A stretch of DNA of 64,000 nucleotides from the IMG/VR virus record IMGVR_UViG_3300023235_001725. One strand, written 5' to 3'. Every line of letters begins with the position of its first letter. The first letter of the stretch is position 1. The translations under genes were made by a program, and so were the position numbers. The notes under the pieces are model-generated. The model did no database searches, was not told the origin of the DNA, and saw only the letters and a program-made list of their open reading frames with translations. Positions 1 through 9,469 of the stretch are shown in pieces. The stretch comes from a virus (taxonomy: Duplodnaviria; Caudoviricetes).

Positions 1-177
1 TGGGGGACGAGCTGGAGGACGAGCTGGAGGACGAGCTGGAGGACGAGATGGCGGAGCTGGTGGAGCTGGTGGACGAGATGGCGGAGCTGGTGGAGCTGGT
101 GGACGAGCTGCCTGCTTTGTGTCAAGCTTAACGTTATGCATAGTTAAGCCTTCTTTTAATAGAATATGTTTGTTCAT
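1..177 (-). CDS. Proline-rich low-complexity protein, N-terminal part (runs off window)
   Basis: ATG at 177, open to base 1: MNKHILLKEGLTMHNVKLDTKQAARPPAPPAPPSRPPAPPAPPSRPPARPPARPPARPP; 12- and 27-nt tandem repeats; not in ORF track. Confidence 0.7.
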   Translation of the reverse strand, partial: MNKHILLKEGLTMHNVKLDTKQAARPPAPPAPPSRPPAPPAPPSRPPARPPARPPARPP

Positions 178-223
178 AATCGTTAACTTTGTGTTTTTAC
201 GTGATATTTCATCACTTTATGTA

Positions 224-298
224 GAACTTATTTTTAAATATACAAAAAAAAAGCTTACACCTCACCCACGCAAAAGTAATGAGTGAGTTTTGCGCTAA
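224..298 (-). mobile_element. IS200/IS605-family left-end fragment
   Basis: TGAT|TTAGCGCAAAACTCACTCATTACTTTTGCGTGGGTGAGGTGTAAGC subterminal hairpin; homologous to the end of the element at 47070-47324. Confidence 0.55.
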
Positions 299-355
299 AT
301 CATATAAATATGTACAAAAACCTATCTTAATCGTTTGCAACTCATAGGATTGTAA

Positions 356-1774
356 TCATACAATGCTCTTTGCTGCCTCTTCGATTTCTTTAGCCTCCTC
401 TAGGGAGTTAAATGTGGTTTTATCATCACGCTCCTTAACAATAGATGGATGCGCAAGAGACCACTCTCCTTTTGAGTTTTGACTCAAGCCTTTACAGTTC
501 ACTTCCCAAATAGCATCTTTAAGCTCCTCCTGGTTTTCAGTGACATATGTCATCATATCTTCATCCATGTTGGACGACGTTGTCTTTAAAAGCCCACACG
601 AGCTCGCGAGTTCAATTCTTGAGATGACATTCTCGTTTTTCGTTCCTTCATTACCGTATAGATATCGAACAGTTTTTAGGTCGATGTTCATGTCAAGCTT
701 CATTTTCACTTGCCAATTCGGCTTTCCGTCCTTCCAGGCTCCTTCCAGGTCTTTCACGATTGTTCCTTCCAAATCTAACGCCAGAGCTTCCTGAAAGTGT
801 TCCATCGCTTCTCTGAACGTCGTTACGATTCGAGACTCAATCAGGTCAATTCGTGTTGGCTGCTTTTCTTTAATAATCGCCTCTAATTGAGCAAGACGTT
901 CTTCGTATGGTCTAGTTGACTTTTTGTCGTAGTATTCATCTACAGTAATCATGTCCCAACACGTATACACAATTGCATCAAGCGCATTTTGAAAACTCAT
1001 ATCAGGAGTTCCAAAATCGGTTGCGTGCTTCTTCAAGAATGCTTGCTCTTTCTTTAAAGTTTCTGCGGGGCCACGGTCTTCTCGCTTTTTCTGAATGTCT
1101 ATTAGCGAGGCAACAATTCCATTGGCTATTGACCTAGCAGGGACACCTCTCACAGTCAACTCGCCGTTGAGGACATATTCATCTGTCAGGACTCGAAGTT
1201 CTTCCAGAAATGCTGCGCCAGTTAATACAGTTGGTTCTCCAGCACGAGACTCAAGTTCAATCTCACCACCACGAATGATAGCATTGGCGTAACGGCCATC
1301 CATTTTGATTTGACTGATTGCTCTGCCTGATTTCAAGATGGCTCTAACAAGGTTTTCAGCATATGACTTAGCTCCCATATAAGGAGTCTTCTCAATAAGG
1401 TCTTTGAACACTTTGTTAATTTGAGTTCGACCCATATCAATCTTTGGGCGCTTATCAATTATCCTTTCGATGACATACGCATCATCATCACTAAGCGAAG
1501 CCAATATATAAGCTAGGTGTGAAACTGCCACAGAGCCTCTTATACCGCCTTTCCTGGATAACTCTTTGAGCTGCTCTAACCCCCACGAGACTCCCATGTT
1601 TTTTCCATTGCTGGAATAACTTGGAATCTGTTTGATGTAAAACTTAACTCGCTTTGAAAGAGCGTTATAAAGAACCTCTTGAAGCAAGGTGTTTTCTTGG
1701 TGTGAAGTCAGGATGTCAACTTTGGCGTTGTCTCCTGGCTCTTGAGCAATCTGGTCAAGTATCTCTTTTATCAT
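356..1774 (-). CDS. ATP-dependent DNA ligase (T4 gp30-like)
   Basis: 472 aa; motif I QIKMDGRY, motif III VLNGEL, motif IV EGTIVK, motif V VKMKL, C-terminal OB fold. Confidence 0.92.
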   Translation of the reverse strand: MIKEILDQIAQEPGDNAKVDILTSHQENTLLQEVLYNALSKRVKFYIKQIPSYSSNGKNMGVSWGLEQLKELSRKGGIRGSVAVSHLAYILASLSDDDAYVIERIIDKRPKIDMGRTQINKVFKDLIEKTPYMGAKSYAENLVRAILKSGRAISQIKMDGRYANAIIRGGEIELESRAGEPTVLTGAAFLEELRVLTDEYVLNGELTVRGVPARSIANGIVASLIDIQKKREDRGPAETLKKEQAFLKKHATDFGTPDMSFQNALDAIVYTCWDMITVDEYYDKKSTRPYEERLAQLEAIIKEKQPTRIDLIESRIVTTFREAMEHFQEALALDLEGTIVKDLEGAWKDGKPNWQVKMKLDMNIDLKTVRYLYGNEGTKNENVISRIELASSCGLLKTTSSNMDEDMMTYVTENQEELKDAIWEVNCKGLSQNSKGEWSLAHPSIVKERDDKTTFNSLEEAKEIEEAAKSIV

Positions 1775-2399
1775 TTTGCAGTATTTTAAACCATCTGTAT
1801 CCGCCGTAAGTAGCTATGCACAAGAATATGCAATACTCAACCCCTACTAGCCAAACTCTTTTTTGGAAATAAATCCAGATGGAAATTATGTCAACTATAA
1901 TCCAGAGAATCCATGCTTCCAGTTTCTTATTCATTAACAAGAAAGTAGCTGCCACACTTAACACTGTTGTGAATGCGTCAGCTACAGGGAATGCAGCTGG
2001 CTCTGGAAACCAGCTACTATAATATACGTGAATAGTCTGAATTTGTTTCGCCAATATCACACTAGCGACCACAATAAGCATCATAAAAAATAATCGATGC
2101 TTTAAATTAACTGTGGTTATTGGGGTTTCATGCTTTTTATGCTTCCACATAAACCAGCCAAATATGCTGGTAATGGAGAAGAAGCCCTGCAGAAACATAT
2201 CTGAGTAAAGAGCTATCTGATAGAACAGATAAAAAAACGCACTAGCTGACACTATGCCAGTGGTCCAAGTGTGCCTATTTCCTTTTGCTGCGAGCCACAC
2301 GCAAACCAGTCCGAAGATGGTCCCGATGGTCTCTAGGTAGCTCAGTTGATAGAGTCCGAAGTCAATAAGCACATTTTCTATGTCAAATAATTCTTTCAA
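1755..2399 (-). CDS. pnuC: PnuC/PnuT-family nicotinamide riboside or thiamine transporter
   Basis: Multi-TM protein with LETIGTIFGLVCVWLAAK, YQIALYSDMFLQ, DAFTTVLSVAATFLL and EAWILWIIVDIISI motifs. Confidence 0.9.
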   Translation of the reverse strand: MKELFDIENVLIDFGLYQLSYLETIGTIFGLVCVWLAAKGNRHTWTTGIVSASAFFYLFYQIALYSDMFLQGFFSITSIFGWFMWKHKKHETPITTVNLKHRLFFMMLIVVASVILAKQIQTIHVYYSSWFPEPAAFPVADAFTTVLSVAATFLLMNKKLEAWILWIIVDIISIWIYFQKRVWLVGVEYCIFLCIATYGGYRWFKILQNDKRDT

Positions 2400-4597
2400 A
2401 TCTTGACTGATATGCTCACAAATGCGTTGAATCCTGCTTGCCTAAAATACCTCACTTCATCAGCGGATACACCACCGTCTCCATAATCAACCGTGTATCC
2501 ACTGGCGTTATAAACTTGATTGGTGACGTTGTTCAAAAATAAAGAAAAGTCTATTGTACTCTCCGCGTGGTAAGTCGCTCTTAAATTCAATAAACTAAAC
2601 CCATCAATCTGCTCTGTGTTGGCCAGGTCTAAATACGCTTCTCCTTGGTATTTTGTACTCATACCCAACGTGAAGTCTTTTATGTCGTACTCCACACTTG
2701 CGTTTGCTATGGTGTTCGGGGTCAATACGTGATTGAACTCCACATCGTCTTGAGTAATTCTGTTTTGAGACTGTGTCAGTTGTGCTGTAAATTTTAGTCT
2801 CTCTGTTGCTTTATAGCCTAGGTCTAGCTCCACCCCAGAACGGTAGGAGTTGTCTACGTTTCCGCTAAGCTGTAATCCGTTTGGACCAATAGCGCCTAGG
2901 AGGGTGATTTCGTTTTCGAAGCCCATAAAGTAGCCGTTGATTTGAAAGTCTAATTTACCTGAGTTAAATTTAATCCCCAACTCATGGTCCTGCACGGTTT
3001 CTGGTGTTATTTCTTGAAATATCCCACCGTTGTAAAGAGATAAATCTAAATTATCATTCCCCATAAACAAATCATTTCTAGTTGGTTCACGGGATGTTTT
3101 GCCGTAACTGTAGTAAACGCTGTATCTTTTGTTTATTTCGTAGTTTGCTCCACCACGATAGTTTAAGAAAGCCCAGTCTTGTGTAGGCATTTCTTGATTT
3201 CCTTCATAAGTGAAACTCGTTAGTCTTTGTTGAATGTCCCCATAAAGACGAAGCTTCCCTATTTCATAGCTTGCTTTCGCAAATCCACTAAACGTCTGTC
3301 TGTTTCCAGTATTCACATAATTTCTAAATGGAAGTGGCAGAATGTTAGAATCAATTTCTGTTTCTGGAGTACCAGAATCAATTTCCGATTCTGGAATGTT
3401 AGAATCAATTTCTGTTTCTGGAGTACCAGAATCAATTTCCGATTCTGGAATGTTAGAATCAATTTCTGTTTCTGGAGTACCAGAATCAATTTCCGATTCT
3501 GGAGTATCAGAATCAGTTTCCGCTTCTGCGTTTGGAATATCGGAAGAACCTGTGTGACGTCTGTCAAATTGGTTTCCATGCACACCATATGTTACTTGGA
3601 ACTTGTCTAGGTAGTGTGTGACATTAACAAGTCCTCCGTAATAATGATGAAGCAATGCAATGTTCTGAGAAGCTTCTATTCCAAAGTTACGTAGGTTGAT
3701 GTCATAGTTCCCGTTTAGGTAACTATAATAAGCTGTGGCATTCACTCTAGTGTTTCCAGTCAACTTTGTGTACTGAAGTGATGTTAGGCTGTTTGTGAAG
3801 TTGTCGTCTTCATCTATAGTGTTTCCGTTGGTTGTTGGGGATTCGTTAAGCATTTCTTGAGTCGCACCCAACCAGGCCATTCCATTCTCTTGATTTCCAA
3901 TAAATCCAACCAGCTTCAGCGTGTTGTCACCCCATTGTCTTCCGACGCCGTAAAATGCAGACTTCCCAAAGTGACTTGCGTTATCAACGAAGCCATCGGT
4001 TGCAATGCTGGAAACTCTAACATAGGCTCCGTAACCCTTTTCACTCTTTCCAGTGTTGTATTCCGCATATATCCGACCAGTTCCAAATGAGCCGTACCCA
4101 AATCCGCCTCCTAGGCTTTTTGGGGCGAAAATGTCAGCGGACGTCATGTTAATGCTTCCGCCAAATGCAGACACTCCGTTTGATGACGTTCCAACGCCTC
4201 TTTGAATTTGAATTGAACTCACAGAGTTAAAAAAGTCTGGATAATTGTTGAAATAGAGCCCTTGGTCTTCTGGCTCGTTTAAAGGGATGCCATCTAGCGT
4301 CACATTGACTCTGGTTTGGTCAATTCCTCTAATTCTAAAACTGGAGTACCCAAAGAAGTTTCCTCCGTCTGATGTAGCTGTAACAGACGGTGTGTAATTT
4401 AATATTGCCGTCGGCTCTTGACCCATATTCACCTTATCGATTTCTTGTTTATCGATGTTCTTAAATGTCACAGGTGCTCTGAGGTCTGCGCGATACGCAG
4501 TCACAGTCGCTATTTCGATTTTTTGAATAGTCGTGTCTGTTTGTGAAAACAAAGGAAAACTTGCTGTTAACAACAGAAACATTAGTACTCGTCTCAT
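2396..4597 (-). CDS. TonB-dependent outer-membrane receptor (vitamin-uptake type)
   Basis: Signal peptide, plug motif FRIRGIDQTRVNVTLDGIPLNEPED, IQIQRGVGTSSNG, beta-barrel C-terminus; stop overlaps pnuC start. Confidence 0.9.
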   Translation of the reverse strand: MRRVLMFLLLTASFPLFSQTDTTIQKIEIATVTAYRADLRAPVTFKNIDKQEIDKVNMGQEPTAILNYTPSVTATSDGGNFFGYSSFRIRGIDQTRVNVTLDGIPLNEPEDQGLYFNNYPDFFNSVSSIQIQRGVGTSSNGVSAFGGSINMTSADIFAPKSLGGGFGYGSFGTGRIYAEYNTGKSEKGYGAYVRVSSIATDGFVDNASHFGKSAFYGVGRQWGDNTLKLVGFIGNQENGMAWLGATQEMLNESPTTNGNTIDEDDNFTNSLTSLQYTKLTGNTRVNATAYYSYLNGNYDINLRNFGIEASQNIALLHHYYGGLVNVTHYLDKFQVTYGVHGNQFDRRHTGSSDIPNAEAETDSDTPESEIDSGTPETEIDSNIPESEIDSGTPETEIDSNIPESEIDSGTPETEIDSNILPLPFRNYVNTGNRQTFSGFAKASYEIGKLRLYGDIQQRLTSFTYEGNQEMPTQDWAFLNYRGGANYEINKRYSVYYSYGKTSREPTRNDLFMGNDNLDLSLYNGGIFQEITPETVQDHELGIKFNSGKLDFQINGYFMGFENEITLLGAIGPNGLQLSGNVDNSYRSGVELDLGYKATERLKFTAQLTQSQNRITQDDVEFNHVLTPNTIANASVEYDIKDFTLGMSTKYQGEAYLDLANTEQIDGFSLLNLRATYHAESTIDFSLFLNNVTNQVYNASGYTVDYGDGGVSADEVRYFRQAGFNAFVSISVKI
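3342..3503. repeat. 3 x 54-bp tandem repeat inside the TBDR gene
   Basis: Unit ATGTTAGAATCAATTTCTGTTTCTGGAGTACCAGAATCAATTTCCGATTCTGGA, encoding (PESEIDSGTPETEIDSNI)x3. Confidence 0.97.
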
Positions 4598-4711
4598 AAT
4601 TTATGTTTGAACTTGTTTTGGTGAAAAATACATCATTTTTGCGCTGTAAGATTTAGAGTTATCGAATCTTTGAATCCCAGTCTACGTTGAAATCGTTGTA
4701 AGCAATAACTG

Positions 4712-4906
4712 CTAATTACCCATATAATCAACTTTCTTATCCTTATCGTTGTTTAAAGCATTCTCAGCATATAAAGCTGCTAATTTCACTTGTCTATCAT
4801 AGCAAGTTTCTTCGCCATCTTTATTGTTTACATAAATGTTCTTTGTTAATCTCAACGCTTCTTTTATCTTTTCTAATTGATATTTGTAAATTGTTATTTC
4901 TTCCAT
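4712..4906 (-). CDS. Hypothetical protein
   Basis: 64-aa ORF with A-rich leader. Confidence 0.6.
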   Translation of the reverse strand: MEEITIYKYQLEKIKEALRLTKNIYVNNKDGEETCYDRQVKLAALYAENALNNDKDKKVDYMGN

Positions 4907-4955
4907 GTTAAGTTTTGTTTGTATTTATCCGTTAGCTACAATAATTTAAACTCTT

Positions 4956-5603
4956 TTACCACGGTTTCCGCCAACTTTGTGCGGCTTTGTAGATATCGAA
5001 AAAACTCAATGCTCTATTGTCGTGATTGAAGGCAAACTTATGCTTTTTGGACTTTACCTCTTCAAAAGGTGTCCATTCTGCGGATGCTACTTCTTCAAAA
5101 TCTGCCTTGTTTACATTTGCTCCGCTAATCAACGGTAAGCTTTCTTCGTCAGGAATTGAAAACACCACTCCGAAGCAAGCTGTGACATTCTGCTTGTTCG
5201 CAGATGGCTCCGAACTTAAATAGAATGGTTGCCCGTTTCGATATTTCTCATAAATCAGCCCCATCTTGACTCTTTTAGAATTATCATCATTAGAATCAAG
5301 TGGATACGTCTTGGATGACCAAGCGTCGATTGGGTTGAACGTGGTTTCTTCTTCTGTCTCTCTAACGGCTGCGTAATGAAGTGGCTCATCCCAATCTAAG
5401 TACCCGCATGGGCAACATCTATAACCTTGAAAGTCAGGTGTGTCTTTACCTCTTAGAGTGGTCAGTAGGAAATACTTCTTTCTCTGGTACCACTTGCCTA
5501 CTCGCATTATCACAATTGACGTTACTGCACAGCTTCTAGAGTTCCAGAATTTGCGTCCATCTTTTGCTTCTACGACTTCATTGTCTCTGTTGTTGAATTT
5601 CAT
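4956..5603 (-). CDS. Nudix hydrolase
   Basis: Nudix box GYLDWDEPLHYAAVRETEEET; FAFNH C-terminal motif. Confidence 0.88.
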   Translation of the reverse strand: MKFNNRDNEVVEAKDGRKFWNSRSCAVTSIVIMRVGKWYQRKKYFLLTTLRGKDTPDFQGYRCCPCGYLDWDEPLHYAAVRETEEETTFNPIDAWSSKTYPLDSNDDNSKRVKMGLIYEKYRNGQPFYLSSEPSANKQNVTACFGVVFSIPDEESLPLISGANVNKADFEEVASAEWTPFEEVKSKKHKFAFNHDNRALSFFDIYKAAQSWRKPW

Positions 5604-5666
5604 CGTTTTAATATACGATGAATTTTTATTTTGGTTTCAAAAACTAAAAAATAATTTGTGTAAAAC

Positions 5667-5689
5667 AAAAAAACCCTCCGAAGAGGGTT
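5667..5689 (-). terminator. Rho-independent terminator
   Basis: AACCCTC-loop-GAGGGTT hairpin followed by U-run on minus strand, after ORF 5714. Confidence 0.75.
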
Positions 5690-5713
5690 CTTAACCTTGT
5701 GTAGCCATTGTGT

Positions 5714-6547
5714 TTAACAGCCGTAATTCTCAAAGAATATTAGCAAATCTAGAAGCTCTACTACTCCATCATTGTCCAAATCCCATTCAAGACCTGAATC
5801 CAACAAGAATTCATAACTATCAAACACAGTAGGGCAGGGGCAATCCTGGTCAAACTGACCAGAATCTGTTATATCAGAAACTGTTAATTCAGTGCATAGC
5901 GGGGCTATAGATGCAGGAACGTTGTTTACTCCGCCAAAGCTAATATTGGACCTTTGGTAGGTCGCTCCTCCAATTGTAACAGTCACAACGACTTCATGTC
6001 CCCCATTGCATGGTGGCTGAAATGTCCCTGGACAGTTTGGGTTAAGAATTGTGTCACCCTCCGTTATAAGATAAGTGGCAAACTGTAAATCCCCATCTGT
6101 ATTAACTATGGCTCCTGAAACATTCCATTCAACATTATCTACCAATTCAGTAACTGCAGGAGGTGGAGCTGTGCCGTCCTGCTGTCTTTCGTACAGGAAA
6201 AATTCCCACTTTGCCACAAAACAGTTTACGTCTTGAAAATCGCCATTCCATACTGGAATGAAATCTGGAACTCTTGTTCTGTACTGAGAAATAAAACTAA
6301 GCAAATCTTCAGTATTATAACAAAGAGGTCTTCGACTTCTAGCGAATGCTTCTTCAAACATTTCGGCATCAAATCTTACCTCATCAAGTTTGTCATTGAA
6401 CCACACAGCCATTTCTTCAGGAGTCTCAAATGTGATTTGATATTCCTTATTTTCTGCTTGAGAAAAAGGTATTTCTTCAAACACTTCCTTCTGGCAACCT
6501 TGGGTCACAAGAAGGGCAAATGCTACAAATAATATGATTTTTTTCAT
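5714..6547 (-). CDS. Putative lipoprotein with C-terminal EF-hand/dockerin-like motif
   Basis: Likely start MKKIILFVAFALLVTQGC (lipobox-like); C-terminal DLDNDGVVELLDLLIF. Confidence 0.7.
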   Translation of the reverse strand: MKKIILFVAFALLVTQGCQKEVFEEIPFSQAENKEYQITFETPEEMAVWFNDKLDEVRFDAEMFEEAFARSRRPLCYNTEDLLSFISQYRTRVPDFIPVWNGDFQDVNCFVAKWEFFLYERQQDGTAPPPAVTELVDNVEWNVSGAIVNTDGDLQFATYLITEGDTILNPNCPGTFQPPCNGGHEVVVTVTIGGATYQRSNISFGGVNNVPASIAPLCTELTVSDITDSGQFDQDCPCPTVFDSYEFLLDSGLEWDLDNDGVVELLDLLIFFENYGC

Positions 6548-6741
6548 AAGATGATGTTTCTTATAAATAATCATTAATCATGAAAAGTTTTACCTTGTAG
6601 ACCGATTGTGAAATACTAACGATGAACCTTTACAGTTAAGGTATGGGTCGGTTAATTATAATTAACACTCTGATTACTCACAAGATTAGTAACGCAGTGA
6701 GTAATTTAGATATGCGCTGAATTAAAGAAAAGGTTTCAAAC

Positions 6742-6749
6742 TATTTATA
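6742..6749 (+). promoter_or_regulatory. Late-promoter-like TATTTATA motif
   Basis: 17 nt upstream of ATG 6767; the same or near-identical motif precedes structural-type ORFs at 29311, 48299, 50359, 57829 and 61381. Confidence 0.55.
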
Positions 6750-6766
6750 AAAAGAAGCTTACTTCC

Positions 6767-8119
6767 ATGAGAAAAGGATACATATATTATAAAGACCCAC
6801 GAGACAATAGCTTTGTTAAACCGAAGCAGGGTCAATACTATTTGACTTTGGACCAAAATGGGTTGATGGAGGTTCGTGGGGACCAGGGTCAAAGCGTTTC
6901 TCAGACTCAGTTTATTGGGACTGGCTCCACAACACCTGGTGAATATCTGCCGATTGCTGGCGGGATTGTAAATGGTGGTGTATTGTTTAAAGGAGATGTA
7001 GACTTTACAAGCCCAGTTGAGATGGGTTCAATAAACGCGACAACAAGAATATCTTCTGGAGGAACAGACCTTTCGGTGTTGTTTTCAAACGCCGCAGGCC
7101 CTTTGTCCACATACACCAATGGAGCTGATAATCGCATTATAACTTCGACTTCCGCAAACGGTATAAATGGAGAATCCAACCTAACTTTCAATGGGTCAGC
7201 TTTGGTTGTGACGGGCTCAATAAACGCGACAACAACAATATCTTCTGGAGGAACAGACCTTTCGGCGTTGTTTTCAAACGCCGCAGGCCCTTTGTCCACA
7301 TACACTAATGGAGCTGATAATCGGATTATAACTTCGACTGCCGCAAACGGTATAAATGGAGAATCCAACCTAACTTTCAATGGGTCAGCTTTGGTTGTGA
7401 CGGGCTCAATAAACGCGACAACAACAATATCTTCTGGAGGAACAGACCTTTCGGCGTTGTTTTCAAACGCCGCAGGCCCTTTGTCCACATACACTAATGG
7501 AGCTGATAATCGGATTATAACTTCGACTGCCGCAAACGGTATAAATGGAGAATCCAACCTAACTTTCAATGGGTCAGCTTTGGTTGTGACGGGCTCAATA
7601 AACGCGACAACAACAATATCTTCTGGAGGAACAGACCTTTCGGCGTTGTTTAGAGGAGCAGGAGATACTGCTGGTTGGGTAACAAATTTAGTTAATTACA
7701 CAACATTAAATGAGGCCACAGAGAATCCTATATTAATTAGGACGACTCGAACAACAGCTGTCTCAGCTGGAGGAGTTTATTACTTGTCTACAAACGGAAC
7801 TTGGAATCAAGCAGATGCTTCTGCGTCTGGAACCTCAATAGGTTTTCTTGGTATGGCGCAAACTACGTCTTCGGACAACCCAGGCATGCTAGCTAGTGGG
7901 ATTGTGTTAATTGATTCTTCAAGCTTTGATGGCACTGCTGTTACTGGGGGCACTATTTACCTAAGTGAATCAACGTCTAAATTCACATTTGCTCCACCAA
8001 CAACATCTGGGGCCGTTGTTAGGGCGGTTGGACATTTTATAGAGGACTTTTCTTCTGGCAGAAGCGCTTATTATAGTATCTATTTTAACCCAAGCCATGA
8101 TTATTTTGTTATTTCATGA
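6767..8119 (+). CDS. Tail-fibre-like virion protein with internal repeats
   Basis: 450 aa, G/S/T/N-rich; repeated ADNRIITST.ANGINGESNLTFNGSAL; C-terminal GTIYLSE..VVRAVG domain typical of fibre proteins. Confidence 0.7.
   Translation: MRKGYIYYKDPRDNSFVKPKQGQYYLTLDQNGLMEVRGDQGQSVSQTQFIGTGSTTPGEYLPIAGGIVNGGVLFKGDVDFTSPVEMGSINATTRISSGGTDLSVLFSNAAGPLSTYTNGADNRIITSTSANGINGESNLTFNGSALVVTGSINATTTISSGGTDLSALFSNAAGPLSTYTNGADNRIITSTAANGINGESNLTFNGSALVVTGSINATTTISSGGTDLSALFSNAAGPLSTYTNGADNRIITSTAANGINGESNLTFNGSALVVTGSINATTTISSGGTDLSALFRGAGDTAGWVTNLVNYTTLNEATENPILIRTTRTTAVSAGGVYYLSTNGTWNQADASASGTSIGFLGMAQTTSSDNPGMLASGIVLIDSSSFDGTAVTGGTIYLSESTSKFTFAPPTTSGAVVRAVGHFIEDFSSGRSAYYSIYFNPSHDYFVIS
7027..7650. 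repeat. About 3.3 x 189-bp near-perfect tandem repeat (63 aa)
   Basis: TCAATAAACGCGACAACA recurs at 189-bp spacing (about 7027, 7216, 7405, 7594). Confidence 0.95.
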
Positions 8120-8673
8120 TTTATAAAGACTCAAAAATATTATTTAACAAAGAGAGCATTCAAACTGAAGGAGGCAACATTGTTATGCATGAATGGGAGT
8201 CTCCTATCATGCAGCATGTGGCAAATTTTGTTTGTCAAGACGGAGGTGATATAATAGAAATGGGATTTGGCATGGGAATATCAGCTAATTTTATACAACA
8301 GCACCACATTAAATCGCATACTATATGTGAGATTCATTCAGAAGTAATTCCATTATTGGAAGAATGGGCAGATAATAGAGAAAATGTTAAAATCATTACT
8401 GGGTGTTGGTGGGAGAATAGAGAGCTTCTTGAGGCTTATGATGGAGTGTTTTTTGATACATACCTTGATGCAAAGGCAAGTAGTTTTAAAAAATTGATTC
8501 CTAAAATATGCAATGACCAAGCTAAAGTGACTTGGTGGAACAATCTTCCTAGAGACTGGAATGAGCATAAGTTTAAAAATGTAGAGTTTGAAACACTGCA
8601 TGTGAACCCTCCTCAGAATGATTACTTTAACCATAAGGAGTATCACATGCCTAAATATACCCATCATGGCTGA
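8116..8673 (+). CDS. Class I SAM-dependent methyltransferase (GAMT/Rmt2-like)
   Basis: Motif I IIEMGFGMGISA, TICEIH, GVFFDTY. Confidence 0.8.
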   Translation: MIYKDSKILFNKESIQTEGGNIVMHEWESPIMQHVANFVCQDGGDIIEMGFGMGISANFIQQHHIKSHTICEIHSEVIPLLEEWADNRENVKIITGCWWENRELLEAYDGVFFDTYLDAKASSFKKLIPKICNDQAKVTWWNNLPRDWNEHKFKNVEFETLHVNPPQNDYFNHKEYHMPKYTHHG

Positions 8674-9298
8674 GACATTAACTTTGGGACCTCTTTCAAA
8701 TTTTGTGCCTGGGAGGTCAAGTTCTTGGGGTCAAGCAATCCGTTTACACAGAAATCAAGCGGGTTCTTCTGTTGCCTTTACTGTATCAGCTAATAGACGG
8801 AATACTTGGTATAACTGTTTTGATTCCTCTCAGATTCCAGAAGGCGCCACCATAGACGGCGTAGAATTAGTTTTAACGGGAAGCACGTCATCTAATGCGA
8901 TTGGGACAGCTGGCTCCACTGGAGCCAATGAAGAGGCAACTTATAATATTCGCCTGTATAATGGAACAGCATACTCAAACATACTTTACACAAACACTTT
9001 TGTTGGTGGGAACGATTACTACGGCGGCACACTCGGAGGCCCCAACGACTTGTCTGGCTTATCTTGGGCAGATGGTGACCAGGCAGATTTTGGATTTGAC
9101 ATAGAAGTCTCTTCTGTTGTGGGAACACCAATTGCAATTGCAAGTCGTGGTTGTGCATTGAAAGTTTATTATACCGATAGTCAAGAAATAGCTCCAATAT
9201 CTGGTATTCAATCTAAAAGCCAAAGAACTCTGAGTCAAATTCAATCAATAAATGGTGTTTCTACAGCTCTTATTAGGTCAATAAATCAGAGGGGTTGA
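8666..9298 (+). CDS. Hypothetical virion-associated protein
   Basis: Likely start MAETLTLG; beta-rich; C-terminal IQSINGVSTALIRSIN tail motif. Confidence 0.65.
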   Translation: MAETLTLGPLSNFVPGRSSSWGQAIRLHRNQAGSSVAFTVSANRRNTWYNCFDSSQIPEGATIDGVELVLTGSTSSNAIGTAGSTGANEEATYNIRLYNGTAYSNILYTNTFVGGNDYYGGTLGGPNDLSGLSWADGDQADFGFDIEVSSVVGTPIAIASRGCALKVYYTDSQEIAPISGIQSKSQRTLSQIQSINGVSTALIRSINQRG

Positions 9299-9301
9299 TA
9301 C

Positions 9302-9469
9302 TTATAAAATCTTAACGAATTCTCTTTTGCCAACTTTGACAACCTGACCCGACTCTACTGGGCCGTTTTCAGTTACCGCACCTCCTTCCACCTGAACACC
9401 TCCTTCTGAAATCAATCTTCTTGCTGCTGAGTTGCTACAATCTCTGACTGCAACTACAGCTTGAATCAA
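9302..9469 (-). CDS. Small S4-like RNA-binding domain ORF (possibly frameshifted remnant)
   Basis: LIQAVVAVRDCSNSAARRLISEGGVQVEGG...VVKVGKREFVKIL resembles the TyrRS C-terminal S4 domain; only a TTG start; not in ORF track. Confidence 0.55.
   Translation of the reverse strand: MIQAVVAVRDCSNSAARRLISEGGVQVEGGAVTENGPVESGQVVKVGKREFVKIL

Noticed and set aside
4598-4700. TPP riboswitch upstream of the TBDR-pnuC pair
   Set aside because: No CUGAGA or other TPP motif; region is plain AT-rich
4695-4942. Solitary cassette bounded by GTTGTAAGCAAT and GTTAGCTACAAT
   Set aside because: Only right-hand core-like motifs; no complementary left core or palindrome
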